The notes under the pieces were generated by a model. That model did no database searches, was not told the origin of the DNA, and saw only the letters and a program-made list of their open reading frames with translations. This document shows positions 18,329 through 27,066 of a stretch of DNA of 64,000 nt, in pieces. Position 1 is the first letter of the stretch. Each line of letters starts with the position of its first letter. This stretch comes from Parvularculaceae bacterium (GTDB taxonomy: Bacteria; Pseudomonadota; Alphaproteobacteria; Caulobacterales; Parvularculaceae). The DNA is taken from assembly GCA_013389105.1 (NCBI GenBank), contig JACADZ010000029.1, positions 5,924 to 69,923 on the forward strand, in the 5' to 3' direction. The translations under genes and the position numbers were made by a program.

Positions 18329-19360
18329 TTGGGGCGAATTGTGGAAATTCTCGGCATAAACATCTGGGCGGCGCTCGGCTTTCTGCTAGCGGCCTATGCG
18401 GTCGTCGGCAATGACGCCCTCCAGACTCTCGGCACGTTCATCAACTCGAACCAGAAGCTGCCGTGGTGGGCGCTCTTCCTTTTTGCGGGCGCAATCCTCG
18501 TGGTTGTATTCGCTTTCGGCTACATCCAGTTCGACGGCGACCCATCATGGGGCCGTCTTTCCGACTCGAAGAAATATCCGATCTTCGAGGTGCGGTGGTA
18601 CCATGTGGTGCCGGCCCTGGCGCTTCTCCTCATAACCGCGTTCGGGATTCCGGTTTCGACGACCTTCATGATCTTGACGATCTTCGCGACCTTGCACGGT
18701 CTGCAGAGCATGCTGGTCAAATCTCTGACCGCTTATGGTTTCGCCTTCGTCCTAGGACTCGCCGTTTACGTGGTTCTCGCGCCGACCGTCGAGAAGTATT
18801 TCCTGAAGCATCCGGAACGCGCGCAAAAGCCGTTCTGGATCATGCTGCAATGGCTGACAACCGCCTATCTTTGGGCCGCGTGGCTCATTCAGGATTTCGC
18901 CAACATCTACATCTATCTTCCGCGCCGACTGGAAATCAGCGGGGCAATCGCGTCCATTTTCGTCATTCTGGCGCTGCTGCTCATCACATTCGTCATCCGC
19001 GGCGGACCGATCCAGAAGATTCTGCGCTCGAAGACTCATGTCACCGATATCCGGTCGGCGACCATCATCGACTTCTCCTATGCATCGATTCTGTCGGTGT
19101 TTGCGTGGATCAACAATACGCCGATGTCCACCACCTGGGCGTTCCTCGGACTCATTGCGGGGCGCGAAATCGCGATGGCGAACATCCACAAGGTCAGGCC
19201 GGCGATCGACACGTTCAAAAACATTCTGGCCGACGTATCGAAGGCCGCGTTCGGCTTGTTGATCAGCGTCGTGCTCGCTGTGGGATTGCCGCGATTGGCC
19301 AAGGCCCTTGCAAGCGGCGAGGGATTTGCGTCGATTTCAACACTCCTGGGGCTCGGCTAG
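18329..19360 (+). CDS. integral membrane protein, distantly PiT/PHO4-transporter-like
   Basis: About 9-10 TM segments. VVGNDALQTLGTF near the N-terminus and two P(V/M)STT motifs (GIPVSTTFMIL, TPMSTTWAFLGLIAGREI) recall the duplicated PiT signature. Divergent, so function uncertain. TTG start. Confidence 0.5.
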   Translation: MGRIVEILGINIWAALGFLLAAYAVVGNDALQTLGTFINSNQKLPWWALFLFAGAILVVVFAFGYIQFDGDPSWGRLSDSKKYPIFEVRWYHVVPALALLLITAFGIPVSTTFMILTIFATLHGLQSMLVKSLTAYGFAFVLGLAVYVVLAPTVEKYFLKHPERAQKPFWIMLQWLTTAYLWAAWLIQDFANIYIYLPRRLEISGAIASIFVILALLLITFVIRGGPIQKILRSKTHVTDIRSATIIDFSYASILSVFAWINNTPMSTTWAFLGLIAGREIAMANIHKVRPAIDTFKNILADVSKAAFGLLISVVLAVGLPRLAKALASGEGFASISTLLGLG

Positions 19361-19407
19361 GCGCCAGCGCCAGCCGCCCGACGGCGTCAGTTCGGATTCG
19401 GGTTTGC

Positions 19408-20121
19408 TCAGCCGCCGAAAGCAGCGCGCTGCATCTGCGCAAGCTGCGCGCAGCCGCCTCGGGCGATCGAGAGCATCGCGAGGAACTGCTCCTCCGAGAA
19501 CGGTGCGCCTTCGGCCGTACCCTGAATTTCGACGATGCCGCCCTTGCCGGTGAAGACGAAGTTTGCGTCGGCGCCGGCGGTCGAATCCTCCGCATAGTCG
19601 AGGTCAAGCACCGGCGCGCCCCCGACGATGCCGCACGAGATCGCGGCGACGGAATCTATGATCGGGTTGGCCTTGATGACGCCGTCCTTTACGGCCCAGC
19701 GGCAGCATTGCTGGAGCGCGACCCACGCCCCGGTGATCGAGGCGGTGCGGGTGCCGCCGTCGGCCTGGATCACGTCGCAGTCTATAAGAACCTGGCGCTC
19801 GCCGAGGACTTTCAGATCGACAACGGCCCGCAGCGCCCTGCCGATGAGGCGCTGAATCTCCTGCGATCGCCCGGACTGCCCGCCCTTCGCTTCCCGCTTG
19901 GTTCGCTCATTAGTTGCCCGAGGCAGCATGCCGTATTCGGCGGTCACCCAACCGCGACCCTGTCCGCGCAGCCAGGGCGGCGTCGTCTCGTCCCACGAGG
20001 CCGTGCACAGCACATGGGTGTCGCCGAAACGGACAAGGCACGAGCCTTCCGCATGCTTGGCGTAGCCCAACTCAAGGCTGACGGCGCGCAACTCGTTGAA
20101 AGAGCGGCCTGAAGGGCGCAT
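19408..20121 (-). CDS. rph: ribonuclease PH
   Basis: [42 protein letters not shown]...[15 protein letters not shown]...[19 protein letters not shown]; 237 aa. Confidence 0.95.
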   Translation of the reverse strand: MRPSGRSFNELRAVSLELGYAKHAEGSCLVRFGDTHVLCTASWDETTPPWLRGQGRGWVTAEYGMLPRATNERTKREAKGGQSGRSQEIQRLIGRALRAVVDLKVLGERQVLIDCDVIQADGGTRTASITGAWVALQQCCRWAVKDGVIKANPIIDSVAAISCGIVGGAPVLDLDYAEDSTAGADANFVFTGKGGIVEIQGTAEGAPFSEEQFLAMLSIARGGCAQLAQMQRAAFGG

Positions 20122-20269
20122 GAACTTCTCCGGACTTCGCTGGCGGGATCGGCGCGCGGCCTACACCCCCGGCGGGAGAAAGTCGAGAAAGCACGCACGG
20201 CTGGCTTGTTTTGCAGCGAAAAGCTCGGTTAATTTCCGTCGATCGAAGCCTTCCATAGGGGCGTGGGGC

Positions 20270-21355
20270 ATGGGCGGCGGTTCCTACATTGCGGCGTTGC
20301 TGGCATTCATCATCCTGATTGGCGGCGGCGCCATCGTCGCCGGGCTGCGCGGCACGGAGTTCGGCGCCCTCAGCGACATCCTGTTCGGGCAGGCCGCAGA
20401 GAGCTCGGTCGTGAAGCTCGCGCTCGCCTGGGGCTGGGTCATCCTCGGCCTCGCCGCAGTCGCCGGAGCCTTCGTATCCTTTATCTCTGAGGAAAACGAC
20501 GACCCGCGCGTCCAGCGCCGCCGGTTTCCCGTCGCCCTTCCTCTGCTGGCGCTCGTCGGAAGCTTCGGCTTGTTGTGGGTGATATTTGCGCCGTCCAGGA
20601 CATTGATCGCCTCGGTCGCGGAAGAATCGGTCGCCGAAAAGGCGCCGGCGCGCGACCTCGAAGAGGAACTGGCAGGCGCCGAGACCGAGACGGGGCTGGC
20701 CGAGGCCGCCCCGGCCGAATCGGCGCCGCTGCAGCCGACGGTGCTGGAACCCGCGGCGGCCCTGCCGCCTCCCGAAGAGAAAGCCCGCATCATCGAAGCG
20801 GCGAAGCCGCTCACCGTAAGCGAGGAGACAGGGTTCTACTGGACCTACGAGTATCCGCTCATTCGCGGCAATAAGGTCGTGAGTTCGCCCGAAGTCGATC
20901 GCGCGCTCGCCGAATTCATGCCTCTCGACGACAAGGACGGCGCGGTGGCGAGGATGCTTTGCGGCAAGGCATGGGTAGCGTTCTCAGGGTCGGCCTCTGA
21001 AGAGGGACCACGAGACCGTAACGAAATGCGGGCGCGGGCCCGCGCGGAGCTTGTCGCGGCTCGGGCGCGCTTCTGGCTCGACCGGCATCCGGAGTGCGCC
21101 CGGCCAATCATCGTCGCCCTCGACCTTGGTCAGCACAGTCAGACGAGCGCCGGCGACCCCGGCGCCACCGCCTACCAGCGCCAGCTGATCGTCATCGGAC
21201 GCGACCGCCAGTCGAACGATGAGTCGCTGCCGCCCGCCGCCGCCGTGGAAGAAATGCGGATCTTCTATGGGAATGCGGCTATGCGCGCCAAGCTGCTCGG
21301 GACCCGCCATTATCTCGGCGAGGCTGCCGTCTTCGTGCCTGGACCTCGCACTTGA
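20270..21355 (+). CDS. hypothetical membrane protein (N-terminal TM bundle, acidic Ala/Glu/Pro linker, C-terminal globular domain)
   Basis: ATG at 20270 (MGGGSYIAALLAFIILIGGG...) removes the overlap with rph. 3-4 TM segments, a low-complexity linker, then a ~190-aa domain. No family recognised. Confidence 0.5.
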   Translation: MGGGSYIAALLAFIILIGGGAIVAGLRGTEFGALSDILFGQAAESSVVKLALAWGWVILGLAAVAGAFVSFISEENDDPRVQRRRFPVALPLLALVGSFGLLWVIFAPSRTLIASVAEESVAEKAPARDLEEELAGAETETGLAEAAPAESAPLQPTVLEPAAALPPPEEKARIIEAAKPLTVSEETGFYWTYEYPLIRGNKVVSSPEVDRALAEFMPLDDKDGAVARMLCGKAWVAFSGSASEEGPRDRNEMRARARAELVAARARFWLDRHPECARPIIVALDLGQHSQTSAGDPGATAYQRQLIVIGRDRQSNDESLPPAAAVEEMRIFYGNAAMRAKLLGTRHYLGEAAVFVPGPRT

Positions 21356-21403
21356 GCCTTTTCGGCGCTTGCGCGATCGGCGCACGCCGCCGATATCTCA
21401 CTC

Positions 21404-22429
21404 ATGAGTGTCCTCAACGAGATTGATGCGCGCTCGCGCGAGATTTTCCGACAACTCGTCGAAACCTATCTGCGCACCGGCGAGCCGGTCGGATCGCGCA
21501 CCTTGAGCCACGATCGCGGCATCGCCGTCTCGGCCGCGACCATCCGGAATGTGATGGCCGATCTGACGGACCTCGGGCTTTTGCACGCGCCGCATGTTTC
21601 AGCCGGTCGGCTGCCAACAGACCTCGGCCTTAGACTATTCGTCGATAGCCTGCTCCAGCTTGGCGACCTTTCAGATGAAGAAAAGCGGGCGATCGACGAA
21701 AGCGCGCGCGGGGACGCAGAGGCGATTCTAGAGACCGCCGCTGCCCGCCTTTCGGGCCTCACGCAAAGCGCCAGTCTTGTCGTCGCCGAAAAGAAGGAGG
21801 CGCCGCTCCGGCATATCGAGTTCATATCGGCCGGGCCGGGCCAGGCCCTTGTCGTCATGGTGTTCGAAGACGGCCGCGTCGAGAACCGCCTGATGAAGGT
21901 CCCGCCGGACCTGCCCAGCTCGGCGCTGCTGTCGGCCGGGAACTACCTCTCGGCGCGGGCGCGCGGGCGCACCATCAACGAGGCCCAGGAATCGATCCGC
22001 CAGGAAATCGAACACAGGCGCGCCGAACTAGACGAGCTCACGTCAAAACTGGTCGAGGAGGGCGTCGCCGAGCTTTCCGGCGCGACTGAAACCTCGCTCA
22101 TCGTCAAGGGTCAGGGCTGGTTGCTTGACGAGCGAGCCGCGCAGGACCTTGAGCGCGTGCGGATGCTGTTCGCCGATCTCGAACGAAAGGAGGAGGTGAT
22201 CGACGTCCTTTCGGCCGCAAAGGACGCCGAAGGGGTGCGCATCTTCATCGGCGCTGAAAACCGCCTTTTTTCGCTCTCGGGTTCCTCGGTTATCGTCGCG
22301 CCCTATCGCGACCAGGCCCGCAAAATTGTCGGCGTTCTCGGGGTGATCGGGCCGACCCGGCTCAATTACGCCCGCGTCATTCCCATCGTGGACTACACCG
22401 CTGAAGTGGTCTCGCGCCTGTTGAAATAA
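21404..22429 (+). CDS. hrcA: heat-inducible transcriptional repressor HrcA
   Basis: LNEIDARSREIFRQLVETYLRTGEPVGSRTLS...ISAATIRNVMADLTDLGLL..PHVSAGRLPT; 341 aa. Confidence 0.95.
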   Translation: MSVLNEIDARSREIFRQLVETYLRTGEPVGSRTLSHDRGIAVSAATIRNVMADLTDLGLLHAPHVSAGRLPTDLGLRLFVDSLLQLGDLSDEEKRAIDESARGDAEAILETAAARLSGLTQSASLVVAEKKEAPLRHIEFISAGPGQALVVMVFEDGRVENRLMKVPPDLPSSALLSAGNYLSARARGRTINEAQESIRQEIEHRRAELDELTSKLVEEGVAELSGATETSLIVKGQGWLLDERAAQDLERVRMLFADLERKEEVIDVLSAAKDAEGVRIFIGAENRLFSLSGSSVIVAPYRDQARKIVGVLGVIGPTRLNYARVIPIVDYTAEVVSRLLK

Positions 22430-22480
22430 GGCCGGCGCGCCGTTACATCCCGTTGCCCGGCCAAGGGCGCTCCCGAACGC

Positions 22481-23086
22481 GTGATGAAAAACCAGTACCC
22501 GCCCAACGAAGGACAGGAAGATCTGCAGGCCGCCCCTGCGCCGGAGGAGGACGCCCTTCAGCTTGAATCCGGCGAGATCGCGGCGGACCCGGAGGCATTC
22601 CGGGCGGAGATCGCCTCGCTCAACGAAAAAATCCTTCGGCTGGCCGCCGAGCTCGAAAACACGCGCCGGCGCGCAGAACGGGAGAAGCTCGACGCCAGCC
22701 GCTACGCTATCGCTAGTTTCGCGCGCGACCTCCTGTCAGTCGTGGACGCCTTCGAGCGCGCCAGCGCCAGCGCCCCGGCCGACAAGGCTTCGGCCACCAT
22801 CGAGGGTCTCCTCGCCATCGTGGACGGCGTGAAGCTCTCCGAGGCGAGCATGATCGCCGTTCTGGAACGCCACGGCGTCCGGCGGATCAATCCCGTAGGG
22901 GAAAAGTTCGACCCCAACCTCCACCAGGCGGTCGCCCAGGCTCCCGGCGACGCGCCCGCCGGGCACGTGCTCGACGTGGCTCAACCCGGCTTCGTCATCG
23001 GCGACCGGGTTCTGCGCGCGGCCATGGTGGTGGTCTCGACCGGCCCCGCCCACGCGCCCGGCAGGACCATCGACGAAAGCGCCTAA
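22481..23086 (+). CDS. grpE: nucleotide exchange factor GrpE
   Basis: LRLAAELENTRRRAEREKLDASRYAIASFARDLLSVVD...GEKFDPNLHQAV; immediately downstream of hrcA. Confidence 0.95.
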   Translation: MMKNQYPPNEGQEDLQAAPAPEEDALQLESGEIAADPEAFRAEIASLNEKILRLAAELENTRRRAEREKLDASRYAIASFARDLLSVVDAFERASASAPADKASATIEGLLAIVDGVKLSEASMIAVLERHGVRRINPVGEKFDPNLHQAVAQAPGDAPAGHVLDVAQPGFVIGDRVLRAAMVVVSTGPAHAPGRTIDESA

Positions 23087-23163
23087 AGCTCGCGAACGAC
23101 GGAAGACGCCGACCGCTACAATTGTCAGCATCGACTTAGCGAAGGCTTGAGCGAGGCCGCCCT

Positions 23164-23790
23164 ATGGTTTCCGGCGTGCTTCGCAAGGGCCGTACTACCG
23201 TGTTCAAGAACGAACTCCGGCGCTATCGCCGCATTCCGCTAGACCTTCCGGCGCATGTCGTCGTCAACACGGTTGACGAATATGAAGGCCGGCTCGTGAA
23301 CATCTCGCCCGGCGATCTCGCCGTGAAGCTCGATCCCGGTCACATTGTCGTCGGCGACGCCGCTGTCGTGTCGATCAAGGGACTGGATGTGATCGAGGGA
23401 CGCGTCGCCCGCGTCATGCCCGATGGTTTCGCCCTGTCCTTCATGCTGTCGAAGCGCCGCCGCACGATCCTCGTCGAGCAGCTGATGCTGCGCGCCAACA
23501 GCAATCACGCCGCAGGTCTTAAGGATCGCAGATCCGCCCCTCGTCACGTCGGCAACGAGCAGCGAATGGCATGCCGCCTGCCCGACGGAGCCTCGCTGTT
23601 CGTGAAGATTCTCGACCGCTCGGTCGACGGCGTTTCGGTCGACTCCCCGCGACGCCCGCCCGTCGGCTCCGAGATCTGGATGGGGCGGACCCGCAGCATC
23701 GTGATGCGGCATACGATGCGCGGCTTCGTGGCGGTCTACGACACGAGCGGCCAGAAACCGGCGCCCAAGCTGCGCGCCGTCCAGAGCTGA
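23164..23790 (+). CDS. tandem PilZ-domain protein (putative c-di-GMP receptor)
   Basis: Two PilZ-like units: RRYRRIPLDLPAHVVVN...GRLVNISPGDLAV and RRSAPRHVGNEQRMACRL...KILDRSVDGVSVDS. Confidence 0.65.
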   Translation: MVSGVLRKGRTTVFKNELRRYRRIPLDLPAHVVVNTVDEYEGRLVNISPGDLAVKLDPGHIVVGDAAVVSIKGLDVIEGRVARVMPDGFALSFMLSKRRRTILVEQLMLRANSNHAAGLKDRRSAPRHVGNEQRMACRLPDGASLFVKILDRSVDGVSVDSPRRPPVGSEIWMGRTRSIVMRHTMRGFVAVYDTSGQKPAPKLRAVQS

Positions 23791-23803
23791 ACGGGGCGAG
23801 CCG

Positions 23804-24346
23804 TCAGGATCCGGAAGGCGTCGTCGGCCCGATCACCGACTCTCGCAGATTCGACATGACCTCACGCGCATCGAACGCCTGAGGATTATCGGCAGGCTTG
23901 ACCCCCCTGCCCATCGAGACAAAGGCGACCGCGGAATAGCGCGTAATCTCGCGGGTATAGGAGTCGTACGGGTATCCCCAGCCGAACCCGTAAGCATAAT
24001 AGGGAAAGGCGTAGTAGCGGCGCGGGTAGCCGTAATAGTAGGTTCCGAAGAACGGATCAGCCGTCGTAGAATAACGCTTGCTTTCTTCCGTGTCGCTGTC
24101 GAGCACGATAAAATAGTCATAACCGTTCTGAACGGTGAGTTCGGCGGCGCGATAGAGAAGACCGTTTTCCACGGTCTCGCGCGAGGTCGAGGAGTTGCCA
24201 CGAAACGTGATACGGTATTTGGCTTCCTCGATGCGCTGTTCTGAAAATCCGTAGCCGCCCTTTTCGGCCGGCTGATAGGGCGTCGAAGTGGCGCAAGCGC
24301 CGAGCGCGGCTCCCGCTATTGCGGAGATGAGAAAACGGCGGATCAT
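23804..24346 (-). CDS. lipoprotein with Tyr/Gly/Pro-rich aromatic segment
   Basis: ATG at 24346 after GGGAGG. Lipobox AALGAC. Segment FFGTYYYGYPRRYYAFPYYAYGFGWGYPYDSY. Confidence 0.6.
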   Translation of the reverse strand: MIRRFLISAIAGAALGACATSTPYQPAEKGGYGFSEQRIEEAKYRITFRGNSSTSRETVENGLLYRAAELTVQNGYDYFIVLDSDTEESKRYSTTADPFFGTYYYGYPRRYYAFPYYAYGFGWGYPYDSYTREITRYSAVAFVSMGRGVKPADNPQAFDAREVMSNLRESVIGPTTPSGS

Positions 24347-24497
24347 CACTGAAAGCCTCCCGAATAGAATACCCCCGGCGCCCGAGGACACCGAACCTGG
24401 CGACTATCATAAGGGGTAATTGTCTGCGTTCAAAGCGCGGGCGCAGCGCCTGCGGCCCGTCTTCGCACCGGCGAACTGGCGCCCCGACGAGAGCGCT

Positions 24498-25502
24498 TCA
24501 TGAAAAAGCGCGGGCGGCGCCTGGCAGCGACCCGAGCGCCACCGCCCGGGCCTGCGCCGCCTTTCCGCGAAGCAGGCGGCGCCCCGCCTGCGCCGCCCCG
24601 AGTAGGGTGAGGGCCGGCGCGAGCGCCGGGCGCCATTTGAGCGCGAACAGGAGGCGCGACCGGGCCATATGATAATCGGACAGGGGCGAGCGATTGGAGG
24701 GAGCACGCGCCTCAGAACGCGCGCTCTTCGACGAGGCGCCGTAGCGATGGTGGACCACCGCGTCTCGCGCCCAACCGACGCGTGAAAACGTCTGGCCGGC
24801 GAAGGCCCAGTCCGCCTCTTCGTAGTAAAGAAAATAGCGCTCGTCGAGGAAACCGGCCCGATCGATGTAGTCAGGTCGCAAGGCGATGGCCGCGCCGAGC
24901 GGATAATCGAGACGCCGTTCGATTTCAGCCGTAGGCGGCGCTTCTTCAAGTCTGGTTCCGCCCCCGAGATTCTCGCCGAGCAGGGTCAGCGGGTGGAGGC
25001 GCGCGCCGCCGAGCGCTTGCACGCGCAAGGGCGCATCGAAAGCGAGGACGCTGGCGCCGCAAAGCCCAACGGACGGATCTTCGAGCCGACGCGCAAAGGC
25101 GTCGATGGCGCCGGCGGCGACGACCGCGTCGGGATTGAGCAGCAGCAGGAGGTCGAGCCTGTCCCGGGGGAGCGCCTTAAGGCCGAGATTACAGCCGGCC
25201 GCGAACCCGCCGTTCGTCGGCGACTGAATGACATTGATTCCGGATTCTGCGACCCTCGGTCCGACTTGGCGGCGGATCTCCGCGAGCGCCATGAAGCGCA
25301 CGTCCGCCGGCGCCGCGGCGGGGACATGCGGCGCGCCGGCGGCGATCATGCGCAGGCGATCGCCGGATCCGTCCGGCGAGGCGTTATCGACGATGACGAC
25401 GCTTGCGTCGGGGGCGTCGCCGAGAACGCTCAGCGCCGCGTCGATCGCCAGCGGCCCGCAGTTGTAGTTGACGATGACGGCGCCGACCCGCGGTCGCGTC
25501 AC
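24498..25502 (-). CDS. family 2 glycosyltransferase (last gene of the exosortase operon)
   Basis: VGAVIVNYNCG...VVIVDNASPDGS, GGFAAGCN motifs. Its ATG overlaps the EpsI stop (ATGA). Confidence 0.85.
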   Translation of the reverse strand: MTRPRVGAVIVNYNCGPLAIDAALSVLGDAPDASVVIVDNASPDGSGDRLRMIAAGAPHVPAAAPADVRFMALAEIRRQVGPRVAESGINVIQSPTNGGFAAGCNLGLKALPRDRLDLLLLLNPDAVVAAGAIDAFARRLEDPSVGLCGASVLAFDAPLRVQALGGARLHPLTLLGENLGGGTRLEEAPPTAEIERRLDYPLGAAIALRPDYIDRAGFLDERYFLYYEEADWAFAGQTFSRVGWARDAVVHHRYGASSKSARSEARAPSNRSPLSDYHMARSRLLFALKWRPALAPALTLLGAAQAGRRLLRGKAAQARAVALGSLPGAARAFS

Positions 25503-26182
25503 GATGCGGCCCCTTCCCTCGAGCCGAGCAGCACGCGTCGGGCTTCAGGACCTAGCGCGGCGGCGAATTCAGCGAGAAACCGCGCCTGGATGTCGAAAAG
25601 CGCCCCGTCCTGTCCTGGCGACGAGGCGCGGACCAGCGCGCCGTCGGGATGGCTGAGCCCCCGGAACGCCTGGAATTGCGCGGCGGCGGGATGGGTGACG
25701 AAATCGCTCCCGGAACGCATCCAGTAGCTGACCGTTTCGTCGCGCGTCGGGCTTGACGCCGCCAGGCGCACGATTTCCGCCCGCGTCCCGCCAAGCGACA
25801 GGGCCTCGATCGTCCGCTCAAGGATTTCATAGCCCTGCGCGACATAGCAGCTTTCCGGGCGATGGAGGCGCACGGAATCGCCGAGCGGCGGGCCGTAGGC
25901 GACAACCAGCGTGACAAGGCGTCCGGCCGAGTCGCGATAGGCCCGATAGGCGACCGCCTCGCCCGGCGTGAGGTCGAGCTCCTTCGGCAGAACCGCGTCC
26001 GGGATCGGCGCGGCGCGCCACTCGCCGAACGCTTCTGGCAGCAGCGCTTCGAGGTCGGGGGCGGCGACGTGACCGGGCGCGCGCGGCTTCACGCTCGCGA
26101 CGCCGGCGGCGACCGCAAGCATCAACGCCGCCACGAACAGGGTGCGCGGGCCAGCGGCGAGCCGCGCCTCGGCGACCCGCAT
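25499..26182 (-). CDS. EpsI-family exosortase-associated protein
   Basis: One N-terminal TM, then a periplasmic domain with the HRPESCYVAQGYE motif characteristic of EpsI. ATG at 26182 overlaps the exosortase stop (TGATG). The track start at 26200 is also possible. Confidence 0.7.
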   Translation of the reverse strand: MRVAEARLAAGPRTLFVAALMLAVAAGVASVKPRAPGHVAAPDLEALLPEAFGEWRAAPIPDAVLPKELDLTPGEAVAYRAYRDSAGRLVTLVVAYGPPLGDSVRLHRPESCYVAQGYEILERTIEALSLGGTRAEIVRLAASSPTRDETVSYWMRSGSDFVTHPAAAQFQAFRGLSHPDGALVRASSPGQDGALFDIQARFLAEFAAALGPEARRVLLGSREGAAS

Positions 26183-27063
26183 CACCTCGGTTTCTCCCAC
26201 AGCAGGGCGGCAAGCCAGTCGATGAGAAACACGCCCGCAAGCGCCGCCGCGAACATGACGAGCCCAGCCGTCTCGTGGAGAAAGCTCTGGCCCGCGTCAT
26301 AACCGAGATAATGCGTGATCAGCACCAAGATAGCGACCCGCGCAAGGTTTGCGGCAATGGCGATCGGGACCAGCGACAAGATCACCGCCGCATTGACCAA
26401 CGGCGATCGGCGCTTCACGGCGAAAAGATAGACGGCCCCGACTGCAGTCAGGGCGATGAGGGAGTTGAGCCCTGTGCACGCGTCGGCGACCAGAAGCTGA
26501 TAGGGTCCTGCTGAAATCACAGCGCCTGCATGTGACACCGGGAGACCCGCGGCATAGAGCGCGGAACTCACCCATTCGGAGATGATCCGCTTCAGCGGCG
26601 ACGTCAGACCTTCAAGGGCCCATGCGGGCCAGACGATCAGGTAGAGGCTGAGCGCCAAAGGAAACCACAGCCTTGCGAGACCGATGACTCCGAACAGGCT
26701 GAGAACGAGGCCGGCGGCGACCGCGCCTTGCGACGCGGAGATGAGCAGGGTCGCCTCCGAGACGCGACCAAGCGCGTAGACGCCGAGTCCCGCGGCCAGA
26801 ATGACAAGACCGGCGACATGCTCGACGCGGCCGGCGACGGCGCGAAAGTCGGGCCGGGTCAGGGCGTTCCACGCAATCGCGGCCGCGATCGCCATGATAA
26901 AGGGCTGGTGGGCGTTTTCATCGCGTCGCCATACGCCCTGCGCGAAGTCGACATAGGCAGGGAGATAAAGCGCGCACCAGGACGCAAGGACCGCGGCAAA
27001 GAGAAGAGACGGCGCCCAGCTTGTCGCCGGCGCTCGGAGGGCGAAGTTCCGCAAGCCGTCCAT
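26182..27063 (-). CDS. exosortase (EpsH/Xrt family transpeptidase)
   Basis: 293 aa, about 8 TM segments. Conserved Cys in LLVADACTGLNSL, Arg in AANLARVAI, His in SFLHETAG. Confidence 0.85.
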   Translation of the reverse strand: MDGLRNFALRAPATSWAPSLLFAAVLASWCALYLPAYVDFAQGVWRRDENAHQPFIMAIAAAIAWNALTRPDFRAVAGRVEHVAGLVILAAGLGVYALGRVSEATLLISASQGAVAAGLVLSLFGVIGLARLWFPLALSLYLIVWPAWALEGLTSPLKRIISEWVSSALYAAGLPVSHAGAVISAGPYQLLVADACTGLNSLIALTAVGAVYLFAVKRRSPLVNAAVILSLVPIAIAANLARVAILVLITHYLGYDAGQSFLHETAGLVMFAAALAGVFLIDWLAALLWEKPR

Positions 27064-27066
27064 CGG

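Noticed and set aside
18463-20112. 549-aa plus-strand ORF
   Set aside because: Off-frame over the 18329-19360 membrane protein gene and antisense to rph. Arg/Pro-rich.
21356-22480. CIRCE (HrcA operator) inverted repeat near hrcA/grpE
   Set aside because: No TTAGCACTC-N9-GAGTGCTAA-like sequence was seen in the intergenic regions by eye. CIRCE is expected at groES/groEL, which are not in this window.
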